Of a stretch of 55,837 nt of DNA, positions 18,307 through 26,597 are shown piece after piece. Numbering within the stretch: the stretch's first letter is position 1; the number at the start of each line of letters is the position of its first letter. The notes under the pieces were generated by a model that was given only the letters and a program-made list of their open reading frames with translations, was not told where the DNA came from and did not search any database. The position numbers and the translations under genes were made by a program. The DNA lies in assembly GCA_023379605.1 (NCBI GenBank), contig JAMCQF010000120.1, positions 1 through 55,837 on the forward strand. Direction: 5' to 3'. Origin of the DNA: Actinomycetota bacterium. Its GTDB lineage: Bacteria; Actinomycetota; Acidimicrobiia; Acidimicrobiales; JAMCQF01.

Positions 18307-19528
18307 GGGCAACCACCGCCGAACCTTCGTAGTCCACCATATAGACGTCAATGTCCAGCTTGTTCCCCGAGTGCGACCGGCAGGATTGCGCAGCGAGAAC
18401 GCAGAGCCTCCTCAGCGGCTCGGTGAATCCATTGGCCAGGCAGCTCTCGTAGAAGTGACGGGCCGTTGCAGTCTCGCCGGCAGCCATGATCACAGCTGGC
18501 GGAGCTCCGGCCTCTCTAGCGATGGAAGCCAGAAGACCGGTGTCAACGCCTGAACGGTGAAAGTGAGTCATCATAACTCCAGCTGCCAGCTTTGCGATCT
18601 TGCCTGCCATGTAGACTAGGTGCACTCCTTCAAGGGAGTGGCTGGCAGCCCTGCGCAGCGCTATCCCTGTGAAATCCCCAACCTCGACGACACACACTGG
18701 GTCAAGATGGGGCCAAAGTCGCCCAGCCATGGCCTCTGTGCGACTGCCTGTCGCAAACACCATCTCTTTCTCCCCTTGGGCAGCTGCTACGTCTACTTGC
18801 TGGACGACCGAGGCACGGTATGCAGCTGTGGAGAACGGCCTGACTATGCCGGTGGTCCCTAGTATTGATATTCCCCCGATGATTCCCAAGCGCGCATTGG
18901 TCGTCTTTGATGCCATTTCCAGGCCGCCAGGTACCGACACCGTAAGCCATAGGGCTGAGTTCGTGAGCTCTCTCACTGCCTCAGCGATCATGCGCCTGGG
19001 TACAGCAGTGATGGCGGGGGATCCAATCTCAAGTCCGAGGCCAGCCTTGGTGACCACTCCCACTCCCTGCCCGGCGATCAGGGTTACCCGAGCCTCACCA
19101 GCTGGGTGGATCTCTACAGGATGTGCCTCATGTGGAGACGACCTAGCGAGCGGTCGCGCCTGCGCAGAGACCTGCTCTGGTGGCTCCTCCCATCGGGCCT
19201 CGACGGTAAGGACGGCACCATTGGTGCAGTCGGGATCGTCACCTGCGTCCTTGACCACCCCGGCAGTTGCCGTTGCCTCATTGACTGGACCAGGCACCAC
19301 AGGGAACTCCACAGCCGTCCCAGAGGGCAGCTTGATCTGCACTCGTGGTGGAAGCTCGCCGTTCAGCAGCCCTATCACCGCTGCCTTGGCTGCGGCAGCT
19401 GTGCAGGTGCCGGTGGTCCAGCCCGTTCTCAATCCCCTTCTACGAGAGGAAACGTCTTCGCTAAGAGCCGGCTCGTAGGTACGACCACGTCGTCGCGTTG
19501 GGCCTACTCCGTCTGAGAGGGTGGTCAT
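18299..19528 (-). CDS. cbiD: cobalt-precorrin-5B C1-methyltransferase
   Basis: LRTGWTTGTCTAAAAKAA and GISILGTTGIVRPFS are CbiD signatures. ATGA overlap with the cbiF stop. Confidence 0.9.
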   Translation of the reverse strand: MTTLSDGVGPTRRRGRTYEPALSEDVSSRRRGLRTGWTTGTCTAAAAKAAVIGLLNGELPPRVQIKLPSGTAVEFPVVPGPVNEATATAGVVKDAGDDPDCTNGAVLTVEARWEEPPEQVSAQARPLARSSPHEAHPVEIHPAGEARVTLIAGQGVGVVTKAGLGLEIGSPAITAVPRRMIAEAVRELTNSALWLTVSVPGGLEMASKTTNARLGIIGGISILGTTGIVRPFSTAAYRASVVQQVDVAAAQGEKEMVFATGSRTEAMAGRLWPHLDPVCVVEVGDFTGIALRRAASHSLEGVHLVYMAGKIAKLAAGVMMTHFHRSGVDTGLLASIAREAGAPPAVIMAAGETATARHFYESCLANGFTEPLRRLCVLAAQSCRSHSGNKLDIDVYMVDYEGSAVVAHG

Positions 19529-20367
19529 GGTCTCCTTGCTCTGGTTCCTGCGGTGGCACCAGCCGCGGGGCGCCCAGCGGTGGAACCGGCCTGTGAGCGC
19601 TTGCGATACCCATGGGCGAAGTTAGGGGAGTACAGGTGGCTCCTTGGAGCTGGGAGTGATCCAACTGCCTCACCCACCAGCACCAACACGGTGGTCTTGA
19701 CACCTGTTGCGAGAAGATCCTCTGCCAGGGATCCGATGGTGGTGGCAATCACCTGCTGGTCGGGCCAGCTTGCTCGTACGACGATGACAGCAGGAGTTTC
19801 AGGTGTGTAGGCGCTGTCTGGGGCAAGCAGAGCCTTTGCAAGCTGGCGGGGACGGGAGGCAGATAGGAAGATGGCCATGGTGGCGCCGTGGACGGCGAAG
19901 GCTGGGAGGGACTCCAGCGCCGGCATGGAACCGGAGGTCCTGGATGCCAGCCTTGTCAACACCACGCTCTGGGCGATCTTCGGCACCGTCAGCTCCCTGC
20001 CGATCGCTGCTGCAGCGGCTCCAAGGGAGCTGACACCGGGGACGATCTCGAAGCTCCTTTGGTGCTCTAGACACCAGTCGATCTGCTCTTGAATGGCACC
20101 ATATATCGATGGATCACCGGAATGCAGGCGCACGATGGCCGCCTTAGGATTGGACCGGTACACCTCGGTAACGTCCTCTAAGGTCATGACCGCTGAGTCA
20201 TGAACACGCGCTTGTTTGGAGCAGTGCATGAGCAGGGCTTCGGGCACAAGCGAGGATGCCCAGATGACGATATCTGCTCGGCTCAGCCGCAAGGCGCCAC
20301 GCAACGTTATCAGATCCGCAGCACCCGGCCCCGCCCCAACGAAGCTGATCATGGGCTGTCTGTTCAT
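19525..20367 (-). CDS. cbiF: precorrin-4 / cobalt-precorrin-4 C11-methyltransferase
   Basis: ISFVGAGPGAADLITLRG and RLHSGDPSIYGA. ATGA overlap with the cbiL stop. Confidence 0.9.
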   Translation of the reverse strand: MNRQPMISFVGAGPGAADLITLRGALRLSRADIVIWASSLVPEALLMHCSKQARVHDSAVMTLEDVTEVYRSNPKAAIVRLHSGDPSIYGAIQEQIDWCLEHQRSFEIVPGVSSLGAAAAAIGRELTVPKIAQSVVLTRLASRTSGSMPALESLPAFAVHGATMAIFLSASRPRQLAKALLAPDSAYTPETPAVIVVRASWPDQQVIATTIGSLAEDLLATGVKTTVLVLVGEAVGSLPAPRSHLYSPNFAHGYRKRSQAGSTAGRPAAGATAGTRARRP

Positions 20368-21110
20368 GTCCGATCCGGCCCAGGAGGCACTATGACCGTC
20401 ACAAGGTAGGCGGCTGGGCCGCTGGAGGCGAGCTCCCCCAGATCACCCACTCTTTCGCCTGGCAAACCGAGCAGTTCACCGGCGACTGCGCCCTCCAAGC
20501 GACCAGACTCTTCCAGTAGGAGGCGGATCGCGCTCAGGTAGCGCCCGCCTTTATACACCACAAGAGCGCGAGACGGATCTCTTAGTGCTGCCTCAACAGC
20601 TCTGGGACCGTCCAATGCAGTGACAAGGGTGAGAGACTGGGTCCCGTCCAAAAGAACAGTGCCCGTCCGTGATGCAAGGTCCTGGAAGGCCGTGATGCCT
20701 GGGATAGTGGTTATGAGGGTCCCGGGCCGTAGGGCATTTACCGCACTGGCAAGAGATGAGAAGGTGCTGTAGAGGTTGGGATCTCCAAGGGTTGCAAAGG
20801 CGATGGTCTCCCCAGCGTCGAGCCAGCCAAGGAGGTGCTCGGCCGCCTTGCGGTGGGAGGACTCTCTGGCGTGCTTTCCCCCAGGTTGGCCATCGGATGC
20901 CATGTTAAAGACCAGGCGATCTATCTTCAGCTCAGGCATGGCTTGACGCAGTATCGCCTCGGCCCTACCGACAGCATCGGGAGCCGTGGAGGGAGCAACG
21001 ACGCGATCTGCCCCAGAGAGCGCGTCAATAGCTTTCAAGGTTAGATGGCGAGGATCACCGGGTCCGACCCCTACGCCCACCAGGCGACCGGTACGGCTGA
21101 ACTGGGTCAC
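20364..21110 (-). CDS. cbiL: precorrin-2 / cobalt-factor II C20-methyltransferase
   Basis: RLVGVGVGPGDPRHLTLKA and ATLGDPNLYSTF. The preferred start is GTG at 21110, preceded by AAGGAGGA about 10 nt upstream. The ORF as listed extends to 21221. Confidence 0.85.
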   Translation of the reverse strand: MTQFSRTGRLVGVGVGPGDPRHLTLKAIDALSGADRVVAPSTAPDAVGRAEAILRQAMPELKIDRLVFNMASDGQPGGKHARESSHRKAAEHLLGWLDAGETIAFATLGDPNLYSTFSSLASAVNALRPGTLITTIPGITAFQDLASRTGTVLLDGTQSLTLVTALDGPRAVEAALRDPSRALVVYKGGRYLSAIRLLLEESGRLEGAVAGELLGLPGERVGDLGELASSGPAAYLVTVIVPPGPDRT

Positions 21111-21280
21111 GGGGAAGGCTCCTCCTTGCGGCTGTGTGGTCAAACTGCGGGTGCTGGGTCCTTCGCTGTGCAATTTCTCAAAACCCGCTGGCCCGCTCTG
21201 ATTGCCCGGGGCTAGCAGCACCTGGCAGTGGTGGCGAGTCTAGCCTTGGCGGTAGGTGGTCGTCGCAGAGCGGGAGGGAG

Positions 21281-21847
21281 ATGCTCTTGGGTGGGTCCTT
21301 TGGAAGTAAGGGAATGCCGTTAGATGAGCCGTGGAGGTTCAAGGTGGTCCCCTCCGGGGAGCCTTCGGTAAGCGCTTTGAGCCCAGCGCTGACGTCGATC
21401 TCTGGTTACGATGCTCATTTGCACCCTGTTGAGCTGCGCCTTTGGGATCTCTTAGATCGAAGGTGCGTCAATTCCTACCTTGCTGACCGCCACGGAGCTC
21501 CGAGATTGCCCCCAGCGAAGGTTGTCATAGCCTTTCTAGCCACCAGGTGCGGGACTTGCCAGGACCTCTGGGCCGGCCTGCGCTCACCGCAGGGTCCTCC
21601 ACCGTGGGCGTTATCAGGGGGACTGACCGTAGTCACCAGGGGGCCTTCAATAGAGAGCGCAGAGAGGCTGCAGAGCTTGGTGATTGGCATCGAGGCAATA
21701 AGCGTAGTCATGTCTGACTCGGCGTGGGAGGCCTACAGGGTTCCGACCTACCCGTGGTTCGTGCTCGTTGACCCGCTGGAAGCCAGCGTGGCAGCAGAAG
21801 GTGTGGCAAGCAGATGGGATGGGGTGTTGCAGGCATTGGGCCTATGA
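21281..21847 (+). CDS. thioredoxin-fold protein (TlpA/redoxin-like, CxxC = CGTC), no obvious signal peptide
   Basis: VVIAFLATRCGTCQDLW (CxxC in the usual beta1-alpha1 position) and YRVPTYPWFVLVD (cis-Pro loop region). The start is uncertain (21134, 21281 or 21314). Its stop abuts the convergent cbiA stop. Confidence 0.6.
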   Translation: MLLGGSFGSKGMPLDEPWRFKVVPSGEPSVSALSPALTSISGYDAHLHPVELRLWDLLDRRCVNSYLADRHGAPRLPPAKVVIAFLATRCGTCQDLWAGLRSPQGPPPWALSGGLTVVTRGPSIESAERLQSLVIGIEAISVVMSDSAWEAYRVPTYPWFVLVDPLEASVAAEGVASRWDGVLQALGL

Positions 21848-23341
21848 CAGCTCATCTTGGATTCGCTCGGCTTTGGCGAGCGCAGCTGAGATGACGAAGC
21901 TCTCTGCGGGCTTTGGGTCTGCTCCCAGGTGGAGATGGAGGAAGGATGCCATCATGGTGGGGCTGGCATAGCCCGCCAGATGTCTTGCGCTGCTCGCTTG
22001 CATGTAAAGGGCGTCCCCTGGGGGGCAGACGGTGCAGTAGTGGAACTCGTGGCCAACCAGGACGGATCCAGGTGGGGCCAGTGGCGAAGCCGACCTGGTT
22101 GTGGCGACCCTATATCCGAGGACCAAGTGGTCTCCCACGGTCGCTTCGGCTGGCAGCGCAGCGCACATCGGCTTGTTATCCAAGGACTGCGACAGCCATA
22201 GCATCCCGCCGCACTCGGCCCAGACGACCATACCGCGAGCGAGCTCCTCGCGTACCTGAGAGTTAAGGGAGAGGTTGGCTGCGAGCTCGGATGCGTAGAT
22301 CTCTGGGAACCCCCCGCCTGCATATAAGCCTGAGCATCCCGGGGGCAGGCAGTCATCTGTGAGGGGGTCAAATTCGATGAGCTCCGCGCCTGCTTCACCA
22401 AGCCGCTCTAGATTGTCCTGGTAAGTAAAGCTGAAGGCACGCCCAGTGGCAACCGCGATGCGGGCGCTTCCGACGTGCTCCGCCCGGGGAGGCATCTCGC
22501 TGCGAAGTGGCGGGGCCGATCGAGCCACACTGACCAGCGCGTCTAGATCCACAGACCTGGTGATGGAAAAAGCCAGGCGATCGAGCTGGTATCTAACCTC
22601 TTGTGCCCGCTCGGCCACTGGGACCAGACCAAGATGGCGAGAGCTCCACATGAGCTGCTCGTCGCGCTGGAGTGCGCCGAGCACTGGTATGCCCAGAGGC
22701 TTGAGCGCATCTCTTAAAAGCAGCTCATGGCTCTCAGTGGATACGCGGTTCAAGATCACCCCTGCGAGCTCTACCGAAGGTGACCAGGTTTTAAAGCCGT
22801 TGACAAGCGGCCCAACGGAGGTGCTCATCGATGAGGCATCTACCACCAGTACCACTGGTGCCTCGAGAATGGCTGCTATCTCAGCAGTGCTGCCCGGAGG
22901 CAGGGAATGCGGTCTTCCTTCCAGCTGGCCAGCCTGCTCAGGTGTCTCTTCCAGCTGGCCTGCCTGGCCAACTCCACTGCTAGCGGCACCCTGCAACCCG
23001 CGGCCTATGATCCTTGCGGGCTCAACCCTTGGCATCCGAGCTCCATCGAAGAGACCCATGACCCCCTCGACCAAAAGCAGGTCAGCACCCACCGATGCCT
23101 TGGCGGCCATTGGGAGGATCGCACTAGCTCCACATATCCAAGAATCCAGGTTCCGTCCAGGCCGCCCTGTGGCCAGGGAATGGTAGCTGGGATCGATGAA
23201 GTCAGGTCCGACCTTGGCTGGAGCCACCTTCAGAGCGCGCCTGGACAGGGCAGCCATGAGCCCGGTCGCTATGGTCGTTTTCCCAACCCCGGACTGCGTG
23301 CCAGCTATGACAAGGCGAGCTGGGATCTGGACAGTGCTCAG
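21842..23341 (-). CDS. cbiA: cobyrinic acid a,c-diamide synthase (start codon non-canonical or unresolved)
   Basis: KVGPDFIDPSYH and the GATase part (WAECGGMLWL, GHEFHY). The first ATG is at 23257. However, the in-frame upstream sequence encodes LVIAGTQSGVGKTTIATGL, the CbiA P-loop, with no ATG/GTG/TTG before it. A CTG at 23341 overlaps the cobO stop (CTGA). Confidence 0.85.
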   Translation of the reverse strand: MSTVQIPARLVIAGTQSGVGKTTIATGLMAALSRRALKVAPAKVGPDFIDPSYHSLATGRPGRNLDSWICGASAILPMAAKASVGADLLLVEGVMGLFDGARMPRVEPARIIGRGLQGAASSGVGQAGQLEETPEQAGQLEGRPHSLPPGSTAEIAAILEAPVVLVVDASSMSTSVGPLVNGFKTWSPSVELAGVILNRVSTESHELLLRDALKPLGIPVLGALQRDEQLMWSSRHLGLVPVAERAQEVRYQLDRLAFSITRSVDLDALVSVARSAPPLRSEMPPRAEHVGSARIAVATGRAFSFTYQDNLERLGEAGAELIEFDPLTDDCLPPGCSGLYAGGGFPEIYASELAANLSLNSQVREELARGMVVWAECGGMLWLSQSLDNKPMCAALPAEATVGDHLVLGYRVATTRSASPLAPPGSVLVGHEFHYCTVCPPGDALYMQASSARHLAGYASPTMMASFLHLHLGADPKPAESFVISAALAKAERIQDELS

Positions 23342-23877
23342 TACTCGACCCCCTTCAGCGCACCGATTCCCTGGTCGTAAGCGTGCTTAACCTTGCGCAT
23401 CTCAGTGACTGTGTCTGCGATATCGATCAGCTCAGCAGCGGCGTCCCTTCCGGTCATTACGACGTTTGTCCTGGGCGCGCGCCCGGTTATCCCATCCACT
23501 ACATCTTGGACCCGAACCCACCCGTAGCTTATGGCGTAGGTGATCTCGTCCAAGATCACGAGTTGGTACTCTCCAGATGCCAGCTTTTCGGCCGCTACCT
23601 CCCATGCGTGGCGACCTTTGGCGGCAGTCTCGTCCAGATCGCTTGACTCCCAGGTGAACCCGTCGCCAAGCACATGCCACCCAGGTACCAGATGATCTGC
23701 GAGCTTTCGCTCTCCCACCTTCCACTTGCCACCTTTTATGAACTGGATCACACATACCTTCCATCCCCTTGCCCAGCCGCGGCCCATGACACCAAAGGCT
23801 GCCGATGATTTCCCCTTGCCATGACCAGTGTTGAGGAGCACCCGGGACTCAACCCGGCGCTTTGGATGCGTCGCCAT
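23338..23877 (-). CDS. cobO: cob(I)yrinic acid a,c-diamide adenosyltransferase
   Basis: LNTGHGKGKSSAAFG (P-loop), VCVIQFIKG and LVILDEITYA. Start set to ATG 23877 (MATHPKRR...). The listed ORF extension to 24222 runs across the riboswitch and is not CobO-like. Confidence 0.88.
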   Translation of the reverse strand: MATHPKRRVESRVLLNTGHGKGKSSAAFGVMGRGWARGWKVCVIQFIKGGKWKVGERKLADHLVPGWHVLGDGFTWESSDLDETAAKGRHAWEVAAEKLASGEYQLVILDEITYAISYGWVRVQDVVDGITGRAPRTNVVMTGRDAAAELIDIADTVTEMRKVKHAYDQGIGALKGVEY

Positions 23878-23880
23878 AGG

Positions 23881-24046
23881 TTGCAGGGTAGTGTGGCTAG
23901 CGCAGCGCAGGGAACCCGGTGAGAGACCGGGGCTGTCCCGCAACTGTGATCGGGGAGCGAACCCCAAATGGCCACGGCTCTTTACCAAGGGCGGGAAGGC
24001 TGGGGTGAGCGAAGATCCGAGAGCCAGGAGACCTGCCTGCGCAGGC
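23881..24046 (+). promoter_or_regulatory. cobalamin (adenosylcobalamin) riboswitch aptamer
   Basis: The plus strand reads AGGGAACCCGGTGAGAGACCGGGGCTGTCCCGCAACTGTGA ... GGCCACGG ... GGGAAGGC ... GAGCCAGGAGACCTGCC (B12 box at 24022-24037). A GCAGG/CCTGC P1-like closing pair is present. It lies upstream of cobU. This matches the conserved core as I remember it from btuB-type leaders. Confidence 0.88.
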
Positions 24047-24184
24047 CCGACCGACCGGCTGGGCCCTAGAGGAGGCGCGTGGACGTGATGGATTTGTCGG
24101 TGAGACCTCAGCTGAGGGTGAGGAAGGCCTTGCCAAGCCAGAGATGGCCGCTGGCGCAGTTGATGGCTTTGGGGAGATGAGCAG

Positions 24185-24751
24185 TTGATCAGCCTGGTGC
24201 TAGGCGGGGCGCGCTCGGGCAAGTCAGCTGTGGCTGAGCGCAGGACAGAGTCACTTTCTTGTGGCGGGCCTGTTTTCTATCTGGCTACTGCGGTGCCTAC
24301 CGCACAGTCGGATCCAGAGTGGGATGCCAGGGTGGAGGCACACAGAAAAAGGCGGCCGAAACACTGGCAGACAGTGGAGTGCTCTCATCTAGAGGATCTT
24401 TCAACGACTTTGCATCGCCTGAAAGGGACAGTGCTGATCGACTCCTTGGGTACCTGGGTGGCATCTATAGAAGGGTTCGCGGTGGATGTGTCATCGCTCT
24501 GCGCGGAGCTTGGAAGGCGCGAGAGCATCTCATACCACACTGTGGTTGTAAGCGAGGAGGTCGGCCTGGGCGTCCATCCCTCCTCTCTTAGCGGACGCCA
24601 GTTCAGAGACGTATTGGGCACTGTCAACCAGAAGGTGGCAGCGCTGGCCACTGAGGTGCTTTTCGTCCTGGCAGGCAGGGTCATGGCTCTGGGCGAACCG
24701 GGTGGCAACGAGCTGGCAGGGGTATGGGAGACAGGTGAGCAGACCGAGTGA
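24185..24751 (+). CDS. cobU: adenosylcobinamide kinase / adenosylcobinamide-phosphate guanylyltransferase
   Basis: The N-terminus ISLVLGGARSGKSAVAE (P-loop) and VVVSEEVGLGVHP. TTG start with GGGGAG 8 nt upstream. Confidence 0.88.
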   Translation: MISLVLGGARSGKSAVAERRTESLSCGGPVFYLATAVPTAQSDPEWDARVEAHRKRRPKHWQTVECSHLEDLSTTLHRLKGTVLIDSLGTWVASIEGFAVDVSSLCAELGRRESISYHTVVVSEEVGLGVHPSSLSGRQFRDVLGTVNQKVAALATEVLFVLAGRVMALGEPGGNELAGVWETGEQTE

Positions 24752-25542
24752 TCTTGGGAAAGAAGGCCGTGGTGAGCCCAGGTGATCCATATCGCCATCA
24801 CCGACTTGGCGGTGCTCGAGCCGCAGTCGCATTTCTTACTCCACTTGGAGGTGCCTTCGAACCGGAGGGCTCTGCACTTTTATGGTTTCCCGCAGTAGGC
24901 CTTGCCATCGGGTTGACCCTTGGTGGTCTGTGGTGGGCCCTGGAGCGGATATGGCCTGTGCCCGTGGCAGCTGCCATCGTGGTGGCTGCGGATCTTGGGC
25001 TCACGGGAATGCTCCATTTTGATGGCCTTGCCGATAGCGCTGACGGCCTGCTCTCTCATCTGGATCCCGCTAGCAGGCTGGTTGCTATGGCAGAGCCAGG
25101 AGTGGGCGCATACGGGCTTGCAGCTGGTGGGCTGGTCATCTTGCTACGCTGGGTGGCGCTCGATTCGATCCTCCCAGCGCCACTACTCCTTGCTGGCCTG
25201 TGGTGCACCTCTCGCTCTCTTATGGCAGTGGTCCCAGGAGTGATCCCCCATGCTCGCAAGGACGGAGGATTGGCGGCCAGCTTCCTTCGTCCTTTTCGGC
25301 CTCCTCGCTGGCAGTTCGCAACGATCGCGCTCCTAGGTGGCGCGGCCGGAGTTGCTGCCGGATTGTCCTGGCGGATCCTGCCTGGACTGATCTCTGTGCT
25401 CGGAGCAGCGCTCGCCGGCACTGCTGTGGTCTGGCTTGGGTACCGGCGCCTTGGTGGCTATACCGGTGATGTGCTCGGTGCTGCCGGGGTTCTCGCAGAG
25501 ACGGTGGGTCTGCTGATAGCAGCAGTCAGGTGGCCAGGATGA
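24748..25542 (+). CDS. cobS: adenosylcobinamide-GDP ribazoletransferase (cobalamin synthase)
   Basis: Polytopic membrane protein with FLTPLGG, DGLADSADGL and GGYTGDVLGA motifs. GTGA overlap with cobU. Confidence 0.88.
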   Translation: MILGKKAVVSPGDPYRHHRLGGARAAVAFLTPLGGAFEPEGSALLWFPAVGLAIGLTLGGLWWALERIWPVPVAAAIVVAADLGLTGMLHFDGLADSADGLLSHLDPASRLVAMAEPGVGAYGLAAGGLVILLRWVALDSILPAPLLLAGLWCTSRSLMAVVPGVIPHARKDGGLAASFLRPFRPPRWQFATIALLGGAAGVAAGLSWRILPGLISVLGAALAGTAVVWLGYRRLGGYTGDVLGAAGVLAETVGLLIAAVRWPG

Positions 25543-26597
25543 GATGGGTGCCCCAAACGCTTTTTCGAGTTGCGCCAGCTGGAGGCAAAGCCGCAATGAG
25601 TGAGAAAGGTATGGAGGATCACGCAGTGAGCTCCTCGACGGAGATCAAAGTATGGAAAAGGAGGCTGCTTTGCGCGGCCGGCGGCCTCCTTCTTGACCAT
25701 ATGCTCGGAGAGCCGCCTTTCACGCCCCATCCCGTGGCGTGCTATGGACGCTTGACGCGAGCGCTTGAAGGCTTGTGGTGGAGCGACAACCGGTTCATGG
25801 GTGCCTTGCACGCTGCTTGCGGGGTTTTCGTCGCTGCTTTGGCAGCGAAAGCAGTTGGCTCAGCGACCCTGGGGACCTACCTGGCGTGTGCGGGAAAGGC
25901 GCTCAGGCAGGAAGCCCTGGAGGTAGCAGCGCTCTTGGAGCGGGGAGACCTGCAAGGAGCCCGAGCGCGTCTGCCCGCTCTGGTGGGTAGAGACGTGCAA
26001 GACCTAGATGAGAGCCAGTGCATACGGGCCGTGATCGAGTCTCTGGCCGAGAACACCGTTGACGCTCTGGTGGCACCATGCCTTTGGGCTGCGGCTGGGG
26101 GAGCAACGGGTGCTCTAGCTTACAGAGGGATAAATACCCTAGATGCGCAAGTTGGCTACAAGGACGAGCGCTACAGGAGCTTCGGCTGGGCGAGCGCACG
26201 GCTGGACGACGTTGCCAACATCGTGCCTGCCCGCCTTACCATGATCTTGGTCATGGCGGCCCGTCCCTTGAGAGCGCTTGCAGTCCTTAGATCGGTTCGC
26301 TTGCACTGGCGCAACCATCCCTCCCCAAATGCCGGGGTCGCAGAGGCTGCATTTGCGGGGGCCCTGGAAGTTAGGCTCGGAGGACCGAGCACCTACCGGT
26401 TAAAGGTAGAAGAGCGCCCCTTTATCGGGCTCGGGCGCCAGCCGGAGCTTTGCGACATCTACGCTGGAGTGAGGCTGTGCTCAGATGTCCAGGTCGTCTT
26501 GGGAGCGATCCTGACCCTGGCTGGCCTACCCTATTCCAAGGAGAATCGCCTATCAGGGTCTATAGGGCGTGCCGGTATGATCTGGAGCGCTTCGTGA
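25539..26597 (+). CDS. cbiB: adenosylcobinamide-phosphate synthase
   Basis: LLDHMLGEPP..PHPV..YG, ESLAENTVD and SPNAG motifs. The ATG at 25539 makes an ATGA overlap with the cobS stop. Later starts (25596, 25611) are possible. Confidence 0.85.
   Translation: MRWVPQTLFRVAPAGGKAAMSEKGMEDHAVSSSTEIKVWKRRLLCAAGGLLLDHMLGEPPFTPHPVACYGRLTRALEGLWWSDNRFMGALHAACGVFVAALAAKAVGSATLGTYLACAGKALRQEALEVAALLERGDLQGARARLPALVGRDVQDLDESQCIRAVIESLAENTVDALVAPCLWAAAGGATGALAYRGINTLDAQVGYKDERYRSFGWASARLDDVANIVPARLTMILVMAARPLRALAVLRSVRLHWRNHPSPNAGVAEAAFAGALEVRLGGPSTYRLKVEERPFIGLGRQPELCDIYAGVRLCSDVQVVLGAILTLAGLPYSKENRLSGSIGRAGMIWSAS

Noticed and set aside
21111-21400. A second cobalamin riboswitch upstream of cbiL (minus strand) or of the thioredoxin-fold gene
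   Set aside because: I read both strands for the GGGAA..GGTG..CCCGC.ACTG core and the AGCC.GGAGACCTGCC B12 box and found neither. A covariance-model scan would be the decisive test.
22446-23186. 246-aa plus-strand ORF opposite cbiA
   Set aside because: Antisense shadow ORF with Ser/Arg/Ala-rich composition and no motifs.
23878-24222. 115-aa N-terminal extension of the cobO ORF
   Set aside because: The region encodes the cobalamin riboswitch on the other strand. CobO homology begins only at MATHPKRR (ATG 23877). The extension is Pro/Ser/Leu-rich and unlike any CobO.
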